The notes beneath the pieces are model-generated. The model searched no databases, was not told where the DNA came from, and saw only the letters and a program-made list of their open reading frames with translations. The translations under genes and the position numbers were made by a program. A DNA stretch of 62,900 nt, counting the filler, from Octopus bimaculoides (Eukaryota): NCBI RefSeq assembly GCF_001194135.2. It is 5 parts of 5 records of this genome, joined end to end, with 100 filler letters (N's around TTAATTAATTAA, not from the genome) between each part and the next. Parts side by side here need not be neighbours in the genome. Positions count along the whole stretch, not along the records: positions 8,761 to 28,511 come from NC_068981.1; 4 more parts are not named here. One strand, written 5' to 3'. Shown in pieces: positions 8,717-20,880 of this stretch. Within the stretch, counting starts at the first letter, position 1; every line of letters starts with the position of its first letter.

Positions 8717-11700
8717 NNNNNNNNNNNNNNNNNNNNNNNNNNNNNNNNNNNNNNNNNNNNTTTCGTGCGGGTGACACGTAAAAGCACCCACTACACTCTC
8801 TGAGTGGTTGGCGTTAGGAAGGGCATCCAGCTGTAGAAACTCTGCCAAATCAGACTGGAGCCTGGTGTTGCCATCCGGTTTCACCAGTCCTCAGTCAAAT
8901 CGTCCAACCCATGCTAGCATGGAAAGCGGACGTTAAACGATGATGATGATGATGTGCCACCGGCACAGTAACCAATCAGGGGCACTGGCATCGACCATGT
9001 TCGGATGTCGCTGGCATGTAAAAATATATATATATATGGCACCTATTACATTCTAGGAGTGATTGGCATTAGGAAGGGCATCTATCCGTAGAAACCATGC
9101 CAAAACAGAAGTCTGGTGCAGGCTTCCAGCTTGCCAACCCTGGTCAAACTGTCCAGCCTATGCCAGCATGGACAACAGATGTTAAATGATGATGTATATA
9201 ATTGTATGTATACAAATATGTGTGTATGTGTATACACACACACACACACACACACACTTTAAGATCCACAAAGATCAGAACTTAACTGCAGCTTTTGGTT
9301 GTCTAAATCGGATATGCAGTCTTTGTGGGTATCTTTTCGAAACATTGTCTGGTTGAAAAAGCCACATCAGATAACATGATGGTTCTAAGGTGTAGGTACA
9401 GGAGGTGGTTAAACTCCGCATAATGAATAGACAACCACCATACATACATGCAATAAGATATTAGAATAATACATTAATATATATTAAATACACTAGCAGA
9501 AAGACTGCCCTGTAGGCGGTTTTCTGCTTGCCCCTTGATAATATCCACATTTGATTTCCAATTCTAATAATTTTTATATTTTACGTCCAATTATTTCTTT
9601 GTATAATAGTGCTCATTTGCATAGTGATTATTGCTTTCATTATTTTATCACAGTCATAATCTCTCTCTTTTAAATAAACATCATGGTAGTCCAACAACAG
9701 AGGGAGAAACAATTTGTCAAGTTTTATCTTCCCCTCAAAGCAACATAGAGATTACAATTCAGCAACTCATCTGTAAGTTTTGGAGCGTGTGTGTGAGAGA
9801 GAGAGAGAGAGAGAGGGAGAGAGAATATTGCAAACAATGAGTGAAAGAATCTTGAAATGAAAAAATCCTATAAATAAAAGGGTACAAATGTATACATCCC
9901 CAACTTTGTTGCCTCATAACATTCAGGAAAATGGATACTTTTTAACAAAATTTTCTACAAATCTCGCTTAGATGTGGCTTCAGAGTATATAGGGATTTAT
10001 GGGAAAGATTTTTTCCGAGAGAGTGGAAAGAGGAGTTTTGGAAAATTCACACAATCTGACTTTTTCTTCTCATAACTTTCAGGAAAATGGGTATCTTTTA
10101 ACAAAAGTTTATACAAATCCTTTTCAAATGACATAGATTACGATTTTAAAGAAGTTTGTGGGGAAAATATTTTTGGGGATTTTCCTCATTTATTTTTTAA
10201 ACCACAGCCTTTGAAATGATGGGGTGGGAGGCATCTTTGTACAAAAAAGTTTAGAAAACTTTTTTTTTACAACCTCCCCCTCCCTCGTCATCCCAATCTT
10301 GACCTATTTTGGCCAATTTTTTTTTGCACTTCAAAACCATGGGAAGAGCATTTTCAGTAAAAAAAAAAAAGTTGTTAATATTTTCAGAGGGAAAAGTGAG
10401 TGATTTAAAGGCAATTTGGCTGTTGTTTCTAGCACATTTCTTTATCACTCTCGCATGTATTGACGGTTTTTCAATATTTTCCCCCATAAATACATTTTCT
10501 CTCTGTATATATAAAGCACAGGATGTGTGTCTGTCTGTGTGTGTTTGTCATGTTATAACTCGAGATCCACCCAACTGATTTTAATGAAATTTTACATATG
10601 CATTACACAGGATTCATGGAGTGTCATGAGTCAAAAAGAATTTTCAACTTCTTGCCTAATGTGGGCCCAGGGGTAGATAATCTACAAAAATGCAGATTAA
10701 TCAGATTTGAGGATACTGCACTGGGTTTTATTTTTTTGTTTTAGGCCATTTTCTGACAGTAAAATATTGACACTACTTATGCATTTATACGTAGCATATA
10801 ATATTTCATGAAAACCTTTTTGTCCAATTTGGCAGAGGAAATGAAAAAACATCAAAATTTTTGTCACCACCCTCTTGATGTTTCATGTTACCATCCCGTG
10901 CACCACTGGACCATGTGCGTGTCTGTGTGGCTGGGTATAGGCACAACAAACCCATTCATCCATTCTCCATAAGTGTCCTGTTGATGTTTCACATTTCCAA
11001 TCTTGCACAATGCAGCATACCTGTTTTATATGTTATCCTTATCTGAACTATATAATGCAAAATGTTCATATGAAAAAAACTGCTGTTGTGACCCACAGCC
11101 ATTTGAGTTTGACTGTGTGACCACTTCCAGAAGCTATGCTTGCCACCTGCAATTAGTTCCCCACCCTCCCAATTTCCCGCCACTGTTTAATTGGACAAGT
11201 AAATACAGGATTAATGATGATATGAGTGAAATCGGATGCATTTTTTAAAACCTCACTTTTATTTGTGTTTATCATGTTTAATATGTGCTAAAAGTGTATA
11301 AATTTTATTTGTAATTTTATTTTCATTCCTGTTGGACACCTCTTATTTGTCCATGACAGCTTTTTTTCAATTTGGCAGCAATCATCCCAAAGATGGAGCA
11401 ATCATTTAGCTGAGCTGAAATAACACATTCAGTAAACAGTGCAGGAGCTAACTCCTGAAATGCTTCAAAGGAGAGATTTGAAGTATGCAGGGATACAGAC
11501 ATGTTGAAAATTTTCAACGAAAGTTTGACATAAGATTTATAAATCTATTTGTTTTGGTAATAAATATAAAATTCTGTCAGGTTTTTAAAATTTGCTCAAT
11601 TTCATTGAAAAAGATAGTTGATTCTGGAACACCCTGTATGGTGTAGCATTATTAGTTGATGCATTGCTCGACTAGTTATTAAGATCAAAGGTTTTCTCAT

Positions 11701-13307
11701 CGTAAACATCCCATCTTTTTTTAAGCAAATTGTATTAAAGAGTATATTATGGCTGTGTGGTTGAGAAGCTTGCTTTCCAACGATATTACCTAGGGTTCAG
11801 TTTCACTCTGCAGCATGTTGGGCAATTCTCTTTCATTACAGCTCCATGCTGACCAGAGGCTTGTGTATTATATAATTGCCATTAATGTATTGTTATATAA
11901 AATAACACATACAACTCACTTATTATTGTCATATAATAAACAAACAGAATTTCGTGTATGAAATTGATCTTTTTTCTACTTCAATTATTACATATTTTTT
12001 TCTTATATAATTCACACATACAGGAGGAGTAAATCTATATACATAATAACACTCCCGAGAAAAAGTAAAAGTAATTACCAGATCAGTGATGGATATTACT
12101 GCTAGCATGCCATAAAAAAGAAAATTTGAAAAATTATGAATTTTTGCAACACCACTCCCTGTCCCCAGTTGTTTTCTGTTTAGAAATTAAAATATTGAAG
12201 AGCCTGAGAAGGTCATTGCTGGTATTTATCAACAGTGATTTAAAAAAATTACGAAGATGTACTTATATAGCAATTGACTTGATCTGAGATTTTGTGCTGA
12301 AACAAAAACAGTTGCAGCATGGAAGATTTTTGTAAGCCATTCAAGACCACACAAAAACAGTTAGTTTCATTTCAACATTTAAATTTCATTTGTGTCAAAA
12401 TATTTTCATCACTTTGAAACCGCAGCTTGTTCACTGACAAAACTTCACAAAAGTGATGCAGCACAAAGTTTTGTCAATGAACAGGTCGCGGTTTCAAAGC
12501 AACAGTGGGGGTAAAAATTTAGATTACAATTTATTTTGTTGTTTTTCTTCCACCAATGGACTGCGCATGTGTTACTTCTGCATCATCATTCCACAAACCA
12601 TGTTGAATGGGAGAAAAATATTNNNNNNNNNNAATATTTACAGTTTTTTTTTTTTTTACTGAAAAGGCTTCTCCCATGGTTTCTAAGTTAAAAAGGGAAA
12701 TGGCCAAAATCGGTCTGGATGGTTATTGTATAGCTTATAGCGTTCCAAACAACCATAACAACGAAATCACATAAAAATTTTTTTTACAAAAATTATACGG
12801 GTATTTAAAAAAATTTTCATATTTGGTTTTCCAAATAGCGAATTAAAACTTGAAATGAAAACATTAAAAGAGAAAGTGAGACTTTGCAAATAAAAATGGA
12901 ACACTCCGCAGTGAGTGCAATGAATATTTAAATTTGTGAAGAATTGGATGCAGTGAATGCAATGAATATTTAAATATGCGAGAAATTGGAGTTAAAAAAA
13001 GTCAATAAACTTGAGAAATCAAAATTATAGGAAATTTCTTAGAACATGAATTTATAAAAATATTTCCAGACAGTCAACCCTTTAATAATTGCTTTCTTTT
13101 AGTACTTTTAGTAATTNNNNNNNNNNTTCTTAGAACATGAATTTATAAAAATATTTCCAGACAGTCAACCCTTTAATAATTGCTTTCTTTTAGTACTTTT
13201 AGTAATTGTTACATACCTAATTAATAAGCAACTTTCTCCATTATAGTATAGATTATAATATAGATGGTTATAGCAGTTAAAACTAAAAAGGTAAAATTAA
13301 TAAATGT

Positions 13308-13738
13308 GGGTGCAAAATAGCACCTACAATTGCTAGAAATGAAAACTAAAATTTAAATTGAACAGCCACATAACAGCACTAACTTCCTGAAATATTTGGG
13401 ACTGCGAGCAGCAAGCCACAACATCTCTCACTGGCGAGATATATTTGCAGAATGAAATACTTTGATAGAACATTATCACATGATTTCGAAATTTAATCAA
13501 CCGGATCTTGTTTCTCATGAGATGTTTTTATAATCACTCCGGAGTAACTGTAGAAAAATCTGATGAGAAACTAGATCATGTTGATCAAATTTCAAAATCA
13601 CATGATAATGTTTTATCAAACTACTTCATTCTGCAAGTATATCTCGCCAATGAAAGATGTTGTAGCTTGCTGCTCACAGGCTGTTCGAGTTAAATTTTAG
13701 CTCTCATTTCTAGCAATTGTAGGTGCTATTTTCCACCC
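13308..13738. mobile_element. Fold-back (palindromic) MITE-like element
   Basis: GGGTGCAAAATAGCACCTACAATTGCTAGAAATG... / ...CATTTCTAGCAATTGTAGGTGCTATTTTCCACCC; the arms pair over most of their length around a ~20-bp spacer. Confidence 0.85.
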
Positions 13739-13796
13739 TCATTGACCGCTAGCCATTAAAGCTTATTTTATTCTCTCTCTGTTTATTTTCTCATGT

Positions 13797-13835
13797 TCCT
13801 CTCTGTTGAAGAGCGTAGGCTCGAAATAAAGACTT
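13797..13835 (+). ncRNA. Degenerate hammerhead-like motif (PLE pseudo-LTR remnant)
   Basis: CTGTTGA agagc gtag gctc GAAA ta. Stem II is intact, the core has an A6 substitution and stem III is missing. Confidence 0.4.
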
Positions 13836-15754
13836 TCTCACCTTCCTGAGCATTCAACTAATACACCTGTTTGTTGTTTATACACCTGTCTTTGTCTTTT
13901 GTTTTTTTGTGCACCTGTGTAATTTACGCATGTGATTTTCAGGATAAAAATTGTTAAAAAAGTTTCTACTCATGTAAAATTCGCACCCCAAAGTTTTCAG
14001 AATTACTGATATGGCCAGGGGAAAAGTTTTCAATTTAGTTGTATTTAGCACAATTTCACCTACTTATGATTAGATTTTATCAAATTTTCATCAAATAAAA
14101 ATAATTTCTGTTTAACAGGTATCACATTGAAAGCCATTAAATTATGAAGTGTTTGTGTTGTTTATAATAAACTTTTCTTGACCACAAGAGATTATGTCCA
14201 ATCTTTAGCATACTTCTGTATGTCTTCTCAAATCACAATCAGGAAAAGTTGTTGATAATTCTTATCAACAAAAACAGAGCTGATAAATACGCACAAGTGT
14301 TGCAAGATAAGTTTAATTACCAATAAACATCAGCTTGGATGACACTTTACTCAACCGACAGAGGAAGGTGACCATTCAAACTGATTATGTAAACAGAATT
14401 CTGATTGGTCAAAAGTGTCTTCTTGTCTCAAGCTCTGATTTTCTGCCTTTTCTTGTCTGAACCTTTGATACAGAGTATCAAAATTTTAATCCCTTTCACA
14501 CTTATAAAATGTCAAGCAAACTTCAAAACTTGTCATTACCATTTTTAGCCAGGAGACCAAATTGATAGTTTGGTAACCTGCTAAAATAAACATGAAAAAT
14601 TGAAAGGAGAAAACAAACAGCTTTGCAAGTTTAACACAAAATTCTGTTTGTTTATCATATGACAATAATAAGTAAGTTGTACATGTTATTTTATATAACA
14701 ATACATTAATGGCAGTTATATAATACACAAGAAGCAACTTGTTAGAATATACACATCTGTGAGGAGACATAAACAAGAATAGCAAAAATCTGCTACACCA
14801 AAAGAACTGGTAATACATACATTACAAGTGTTCTATGAAGACAACATAAGATTGCTGCATAATTCAACATGAATGTGAAACGACATTAAACATTGTATAA
14901 AGTAAATGAAGGTTTCTGTAGGAATAGTAAGTCATATTCACTTAGTGAGTTTACATGCGTAAGGATAAATTATGATGTTGTTGGCATTAAATGCAGTAAG
15001 AGCTGCTTGTGGCAACGTTGGCAGTGATGAATTTCATTGTCCTAACGTGGAGAAAACAAGCAATAGCTTCCTGGAGGCAAACATAAGCTAGACTTCTTAA
15101 GCTGAGAAAAACTGATCTATTTAAGGAAATTGCTGGGTTCCATTCCAATAGGTAGAAACTCCAAGCAGTGTAAAATATAACCCAGACCATGATTACCAGC
15201 ATGAACGTCAAACTTCAAAAAGTAGTTAACCATTTAATGGTTTTAGTAAATTTATACAGAAAAAGTAAGCATTATACCGTCCAGCATAAATAAAAGTCAA
15301 CTTCATTATATTTTTTCTGTAAAAGCCTACTCTGACATTAAATGAGTCAACTTCCAGTATATATATGGGCAACACACACACACACACACGTACGTACACC
15401 TATTACATACACATTTTTTGTACGCATACATGTTTGTGTGTGTGTGACTGAAGCCATTCACACATACATAACAACCCCTCTCTCTCTTTCTGTCTGTCAA
15501 TCACTCACTAAAAAGATATGACTTTTTTATTTCGTCTTTTTAGTGTACGACATTTTTCAGCAAAAAATATTTCTAAAAACAAATCCTGGAAACGATCTAC
15601 ACATGTAATTTTTTTTTGTTTTTGTGAAAAAAAGTGCATAAATTACAGGGGTTTTTATGGTGTATGTATGTGTGTATATATATATATATATATAAATTAA
15701 CAGAATGAGATAAAAATCCAAGGCTATGAAAGATTTCAGAACATTTATAAAGAG

Positions 15755-15802
15755 GTCTTACAGCTGTTTCTGGGATATTTTATGTATCCCTTCATCAGAG
15801 TT
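15755..15802 (-). ncRNA. Minimal type I hammerhead ribozyme with eroded stem I
   Basis: Minus strand: ct CTGATGA a gggata cataaaa tatccc a GAAA cagctg TA ag. Palindromic stem III; stem I only 2 bp. Confidence 0.65.
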
Positions 15803-15881
15803 GGTGTGAGAAAATGGTTAAGCAACAGTTATTCTAGATAAGATATGAAATAGAGAGTGAAGTGGAGGAATGAAAATAGAT

Positions 15882-15968
<87 letters not shown>

Positions 15969-16590
15969 TCATTGTCATCTTTATTCTTCACTCATTTATT
16001 ATTGTTGTTCTTATTTTATTTTGTCCATTGTCTGGAAATCTTTCATCACACATCTCTGACTGCTTTGCTTAGTCTATTCTGTCCTTCTATGATGTGTATC
16101 CTTATCTGCACATTTATTTGCATCTGTATCTGTGTGTGTGTGTGTACATGCATGCATGCACATGTCTATGTGTTTTGCATGTGTGCTTGTGTGCATATGG
16201 GCTTGTCCACTACACTGTCGTATCCATACCCTTTACATAACTGTTACCATTATTGTTGTTCTTAGTGGTACCAGTACTTGGTATGTTGAACTTACCCTTG
16301 TATACATTTTATCTTCTGTTGATACTGTTCTTGACCCTAATTTTGATATTCTTGTATCTTTCTGTGTTTGTGTGGTCATTCAGGTTGTTGCCATTGTGGT
16401 TGTTGTTGTTGCAGTTGTTTGTGAAGTTACTGTGTGTGTGTGTTTTGCTTACTGTATTGTTTGTATCCATGCCCTTTATATAGTTTTTTGTTTACTTATT
16501 TATCGCTATTTCTTACAATTAATCGTAAGTATGTGCATGTTTGCTTTACGTGTGTGTATTACACTGTTTGTATCTGTCTTTTTTTTTTCT

Positions 16591-17260
16591 TCAGTCTTTA
16601 ATCATCATGTTGCAGTGTGTGGTATTGGATGTGTTATTCTGCCATTCTTGTTTGCTGTTGAGGCTCAGTCTGTCTATTACTATGTATGTAGCCTCTGTAA
16701 TCTGTCATGTTTGTTCTATGTGTTGATAATACCTTAACTTCTATGTTTTTAAACAAACCTCTGTGTTCTACTTGAGCATGTTGTTAGAGCACTGACAAGC
16801 TTTTCTCCTCTTTCAGCTCCCACTAGTGTTTGCCTATTCGCTCCTCTATGCTATGTGCCATCTCCTCTATTTAAGTTGTCTTGTTTCTGCACTGTCCCTC
16901 AGAACACCATAAGCTATATACTACATCCCTAATCTTACAGTTAACCTGTGCGTTCATCCTACATAATATAAAATTGTTCTCCATTCATAGGGACCTATCA
17001 AAGGGATAAATTCTACAGATCAGGGATTTTACGGGGGTTCCTGGCCTTTCTACTACTTTAATCTGTAGATTTACTTTATCTAGTGCTTTTCTTATAAGGT
17101 ATGCTAGTTCACCACCAGGAGTAGCATCAACGAACATGACACTTGGGTATTTTTTGTTGTCATATCATGAGTTGGCCATATCTATCTTTTTTCCTGGCCC
17201 TTTCTGTGCTGTTCCAGGATTTATTTATATATAACGGGCAGTGAAGAATTAATGTATAGT
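16591..17260 (-). mobile_element. Penelope-like element 3' fragment (RT thumb + GIY-YIG endonuclease), decayed
   Basis: PLYINKSWNSTERARKK, KYPSVMFVDATPGGELA..KVVERPG, NCKIRDVVYSLWC..C..TT*IEE (GIY-YIG remnant), EERIGKH and QITEATYI..LNSKQEW, with stops and frameshifts. Confidence 0.85.
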
Positions 17261-17311
17261 GCATGTTTATTTGGCAAAAAAAAAAAAAAAATGACCATCC
17301 TAAAATTTTTT

Positions 17312-18590
17312 ATTGCAGCCAAATCACTACCAGAACTATAGAAGAAATTTCAGACATGGAAGCAAGGTTTAGAATCAAAGGGCCTTAGAGTCAATCTCGC
17401 AAAATCCAAATTCTTAGTAAGTAGGAGAGCAGACAAATCACAAATCCCTTCAGGTAGATGGCCCTACACAATCTGTAGAAAAGGCATTGATAGAAACTCC
17501 ATAAGATGTACCTGTTGTAAGCTATGGATGCAGAAGAGGTGCAGCAATATCAGAGGAAGGTTAACAGTGAAAACAGTTTTTATGTGTAGAAGTCACACAG
17601 GTACAATTAATACTAAGAATGTACAGAAAATAGACTGCATCACATGCTGGGGGGAAAACTAGAAGTAGTTGATAGCTTCCGTTAGCTAGGTGACCAAGTC
17701 AGTAGCATCGGTGGATGCTCAAAGAGCATAGCTGCTAGAATAAGAATACGTTGGGCAAAGTTCAGAGAGTTCCTGTCTCTGCTGGTAACAAAGGGCTCTT
17801 TCTCTCTCTCTCAGAGTGAAAGGTAGACTGTAAGATGCCTGTGTGCAAACAGTCATGCTACATGGCAGTGAAACATGGGCTGTGACTACCAAAGACGTGT
17901 AGGCTCATAAGGAATGAAACTAGTATACTTTGCTGGATGTGTAAAGTCAATGTACATACACGACACTGTAAGCATCGTGTGAGAAACGTTGGGCATAAGA
18001 GGCATCAGATGTGGTGTGCAAGAGAGACGACTCTTCTGAAATGGTCATGTGATGTATATGGATGAGGACAGCTGTGTGAAGAAGTGCTGCACTCTCTAGG
18101 TGGAGGGAAGCTGTGGAAGAGGTAGACCCAGGAAGACATGGAACAAGGCGGCAATGACAAGTGACTGAGACGTTTGTTGATATGCTGTACTTAAGACCTG
18201 CAAAGCCAAGCGAGATCGTAGTCGTGGTTGATGCCAGTGTTAATGTAACTAGCATGTAAAAAGCACCCTTCAAACATTGGGTGATATCGTGTGCTTGAGA
18301 AGACCTGGAAACCAAGTCAAATCGTAGTTGTGGCCAATGCCAGTGCTGTCTGACTGGCACCCATTCTGGTGACACATACAAAGCACTGTTTGAGCGTTGG
18401 GTTTCACAGAGGCAGTGACAGGTGATCAAGACATTTGGCAATATACTGTGCTTGTGATGACCTGTCAAGCCAGATGAGATCATAGTCATGGCCAATGCTG
18501 GTATCATATCAATGGCACTTGTGCTGGTAGCATGTAAGAACCACCTATTACACTCTTGGAGTGGTTAGCGTTAGGAAGGGCATCCATCAT
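17312..18590 (+). mobile_element. RTE-clade LINE, 5'-truncated and decayed
   Basis: ESKGLRVNLAKSK, LEVVDSFR*LG, ARIRIRWAKFRE, VMLHGSETWA, GHV and GRGRPRKTW; the 3' UTR has three diverged sub-repeats. Confidence 0.9.
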
Positions 18591-18599
18591 TTCAAACAA

Positions 18600-19310
18600 T
18601 ATTGTCTTATTGTATAAAGTTACAATTCAGGGTAATCAAGATTATTAAGAATGAAATTTTAACAAAAGGATAAAACTTGTATGAATATTTTGAGTATATA
18701 CGAAATTTTTTACCACAATAGAACGAGGAAAAGAAAGAAAATTGCAAAGAAAATAGTTTAATATTTATTTACTTATTACTTATCTAAATATTAACTTAAT
18801 AACAATAGCAACAATAATAAAATGATCAGTTAGGGTAGAGCATCATAGAAAAGGAATAAAAACAGCCTAATCACTAAAACCATAATAAAATATCCATACC
18901 TTATTAATTTCAATAGCAAATATTTATAGAAAATGTATAATAATTTAAGTAAAACAATATGTCATTATTGTGTAAAGTTAAAACTTAGGGTTATCAGGAA
19001 GATTTATCATTGAGGTGAGAGACCAATTTTACTATAAATTAGTTAAATTATAATCTACGCAGTTTAATTTTAAGTTATGAAGATACCCATATTGTTTATT
19101 ATAAGCTAAGTATGAATTTATAGGGGTAAAAAAAATTTAGGTTTGTCTAGAGGCAATTATAAAGTATTAAAATGGTCAGGTAGGGTAGAAACACCATAGA
19201 AAAGGATATATCACTAAAATCATGATGAAGTATATATACGATTTAGTAACTTCAACAGAAAAGATTTATAGAAATTATGTAATAATTTAAAACTAAAATT
19301 GTTTATTTAC
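18600..19310. repeat. Diverged ~350-bp tandem duplication
   Basis: tcag.tagggtaga..a.catagaaaagga..ta..tcactaaaa.cat.at.a...atttatagaaa occurs at ~18826 and ~19176; tattgt.taaagtta..a.t.aggg occurs at ~18608 and ~18966. Confidence 0.65.
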
Positions 19311-19370
19311 TTAATTAGCTTTTATCTATAATGACTTATACCCAATATTAACTAAAGGAAAATTAATGCT

Positions 19371-19916
19371 AAAAGTGCCACACCCTAACAGTTGAGGGAA
19401 CCCGTGGAAGAGGTAGGCCCAGGAAGACCTGGGCTGAGGTGGTGAGGCAAGACCTTCGTACATTGGGCCTCACCGAGGCGATGACTACGGACCGAGACCT
19501 TTGGAAATGGGCTGTGCGTGAGAAGACCCGGCAAGCCAAGTAAGATCGTTGCCAGTGCCCCTGGACTGGTTCTTGTGCGGGTGGCACATGAGATGCACCA
19601 TTTTGAGCGTGGCCGTTGCCAGTACCGCCTGACTGGCTCCTGTAGGATTTTCGAGCGAGATCGTTGCCAGTGCCCCTGGACTGGCTTGTGCGGGNNNNNN
19701 NNNNGAGCGTGGCCGTTTTCGTGCGGGTGACACGTAAAAGCACCCACTACACTCTCTGAGTGGTTGGCGTTAGGAAGGGCATCCAGCTGTAGAAACTCTG
19801 CCAAATCAGACTGGAGCCTGGTGTTGCCATCCGGTTTCACCAGTCCTCAGTCAAATCGTCCAACCCATGCTAGCATGGAAAGCGGACGTTAAACGATGAT
19901 GATGATGATGATGATG
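19371..19916 (+). mobile_element. Young 5'-truncated RTE LINE (ORF C-terminus + 3' UTR + (GAT)n tail)
   Basis: KCHTLTVEGTRGRGRPRKTWAEVVRQDLRTLGLTEAMTTDRDLWKWAVREKTRQAK*, stop at 19541-19543. Confidence 0.9.
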
Positions 19917-19989
19917 GGCATGCTACCTATGCACTGATTTTAAACTAAGCGGTACATTATAGGTTTTAAATCACAAGATCAATAAAGTG

Positions 19990-20826
19990 CTACTTTCTAA
20001 AATATTTGAAGGTGCAGGTGGCACTATGTACACATGATACTCCTAGGTCTAATCTATTATTAATCAGGTTGCCATTTTCTTATGCTTAAAAATTTCATGT
20101 TTCCATAGAGCAAAGCTCACACCCATATCTGCTATTTCTATAAGGCTGAACTTTTCTTATTATTTCCCATTTGAGGCTAAATCCACTTCCACTTTCTTTC
20201 AATTCCCAAATCTTACTGGATAATGACGTACAATTCGCCTTATGTTTAAGTTTAAAAGACGACACGTGATTGCATATATGTTGTTTCAAATTAATCGAAC
20301 TATGGAAGTAAATATAATTATTAGTTGTAGTTATTATTGTGCATTTATATACTACGTTCTGGGTAAGACATCGGCCTAATAACGGACAGCAGGATTTAAC
20401 TCTACAATTGCAACTAGGAGAATTATTATTATTAATATTAGTATTATTAAGATTTAAATTATTGTTTTTATTTTTATTTTATTTGTTAATATTTCCGCTA
20501 TTAATAATTCTATTATCAAGTGTGTTATGTTTACGTCTGTTATTTTCTAACTCCACTTCAATCGTATTATATAAAAATCACCTCTGCATCATCAGGCATA
20601 CTAATAGTTTCCATGCCTGTATATGTACTGGAACTACAATCCATAATATTTTTTATTAGAAGTGCTATCACTATTTGTTCTATTCACCCCATCATCATCA
20701 ATACTACTATTTTCATTTTGGGGCTTTATGTTATAGTTGACGGTACTATGATTATTATTTTAATATAATTATTATTTTTGTTATTGTTATTATTATTTTT
20801 ATTATTATTATCGTTAATGTTACTAC

Positions 20827-20880
<54 letters not shown>

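Noticed and set aside
11200-11640. Mariner-like element ending in ...ggaacaccctgta
   Set aside because: Only one convincing TIR-like end and no assignable transposase.
13036-13207. 81-bp direct repeat
   Set aside because: The identical copies sit either side of a 10-N gap; an unmerged contig overlap.
13556-13575. CTGATGAGAAACTAG as a hammerhead
   Set aside because: There is no stem II between the core halves; it is part of the fold-back arm.
14230-15230. Coding-looking stretch as further Hen1 exons
   Set aside because: All frames are interrupted by stops and no Hen1 or other recognisable motif was found.
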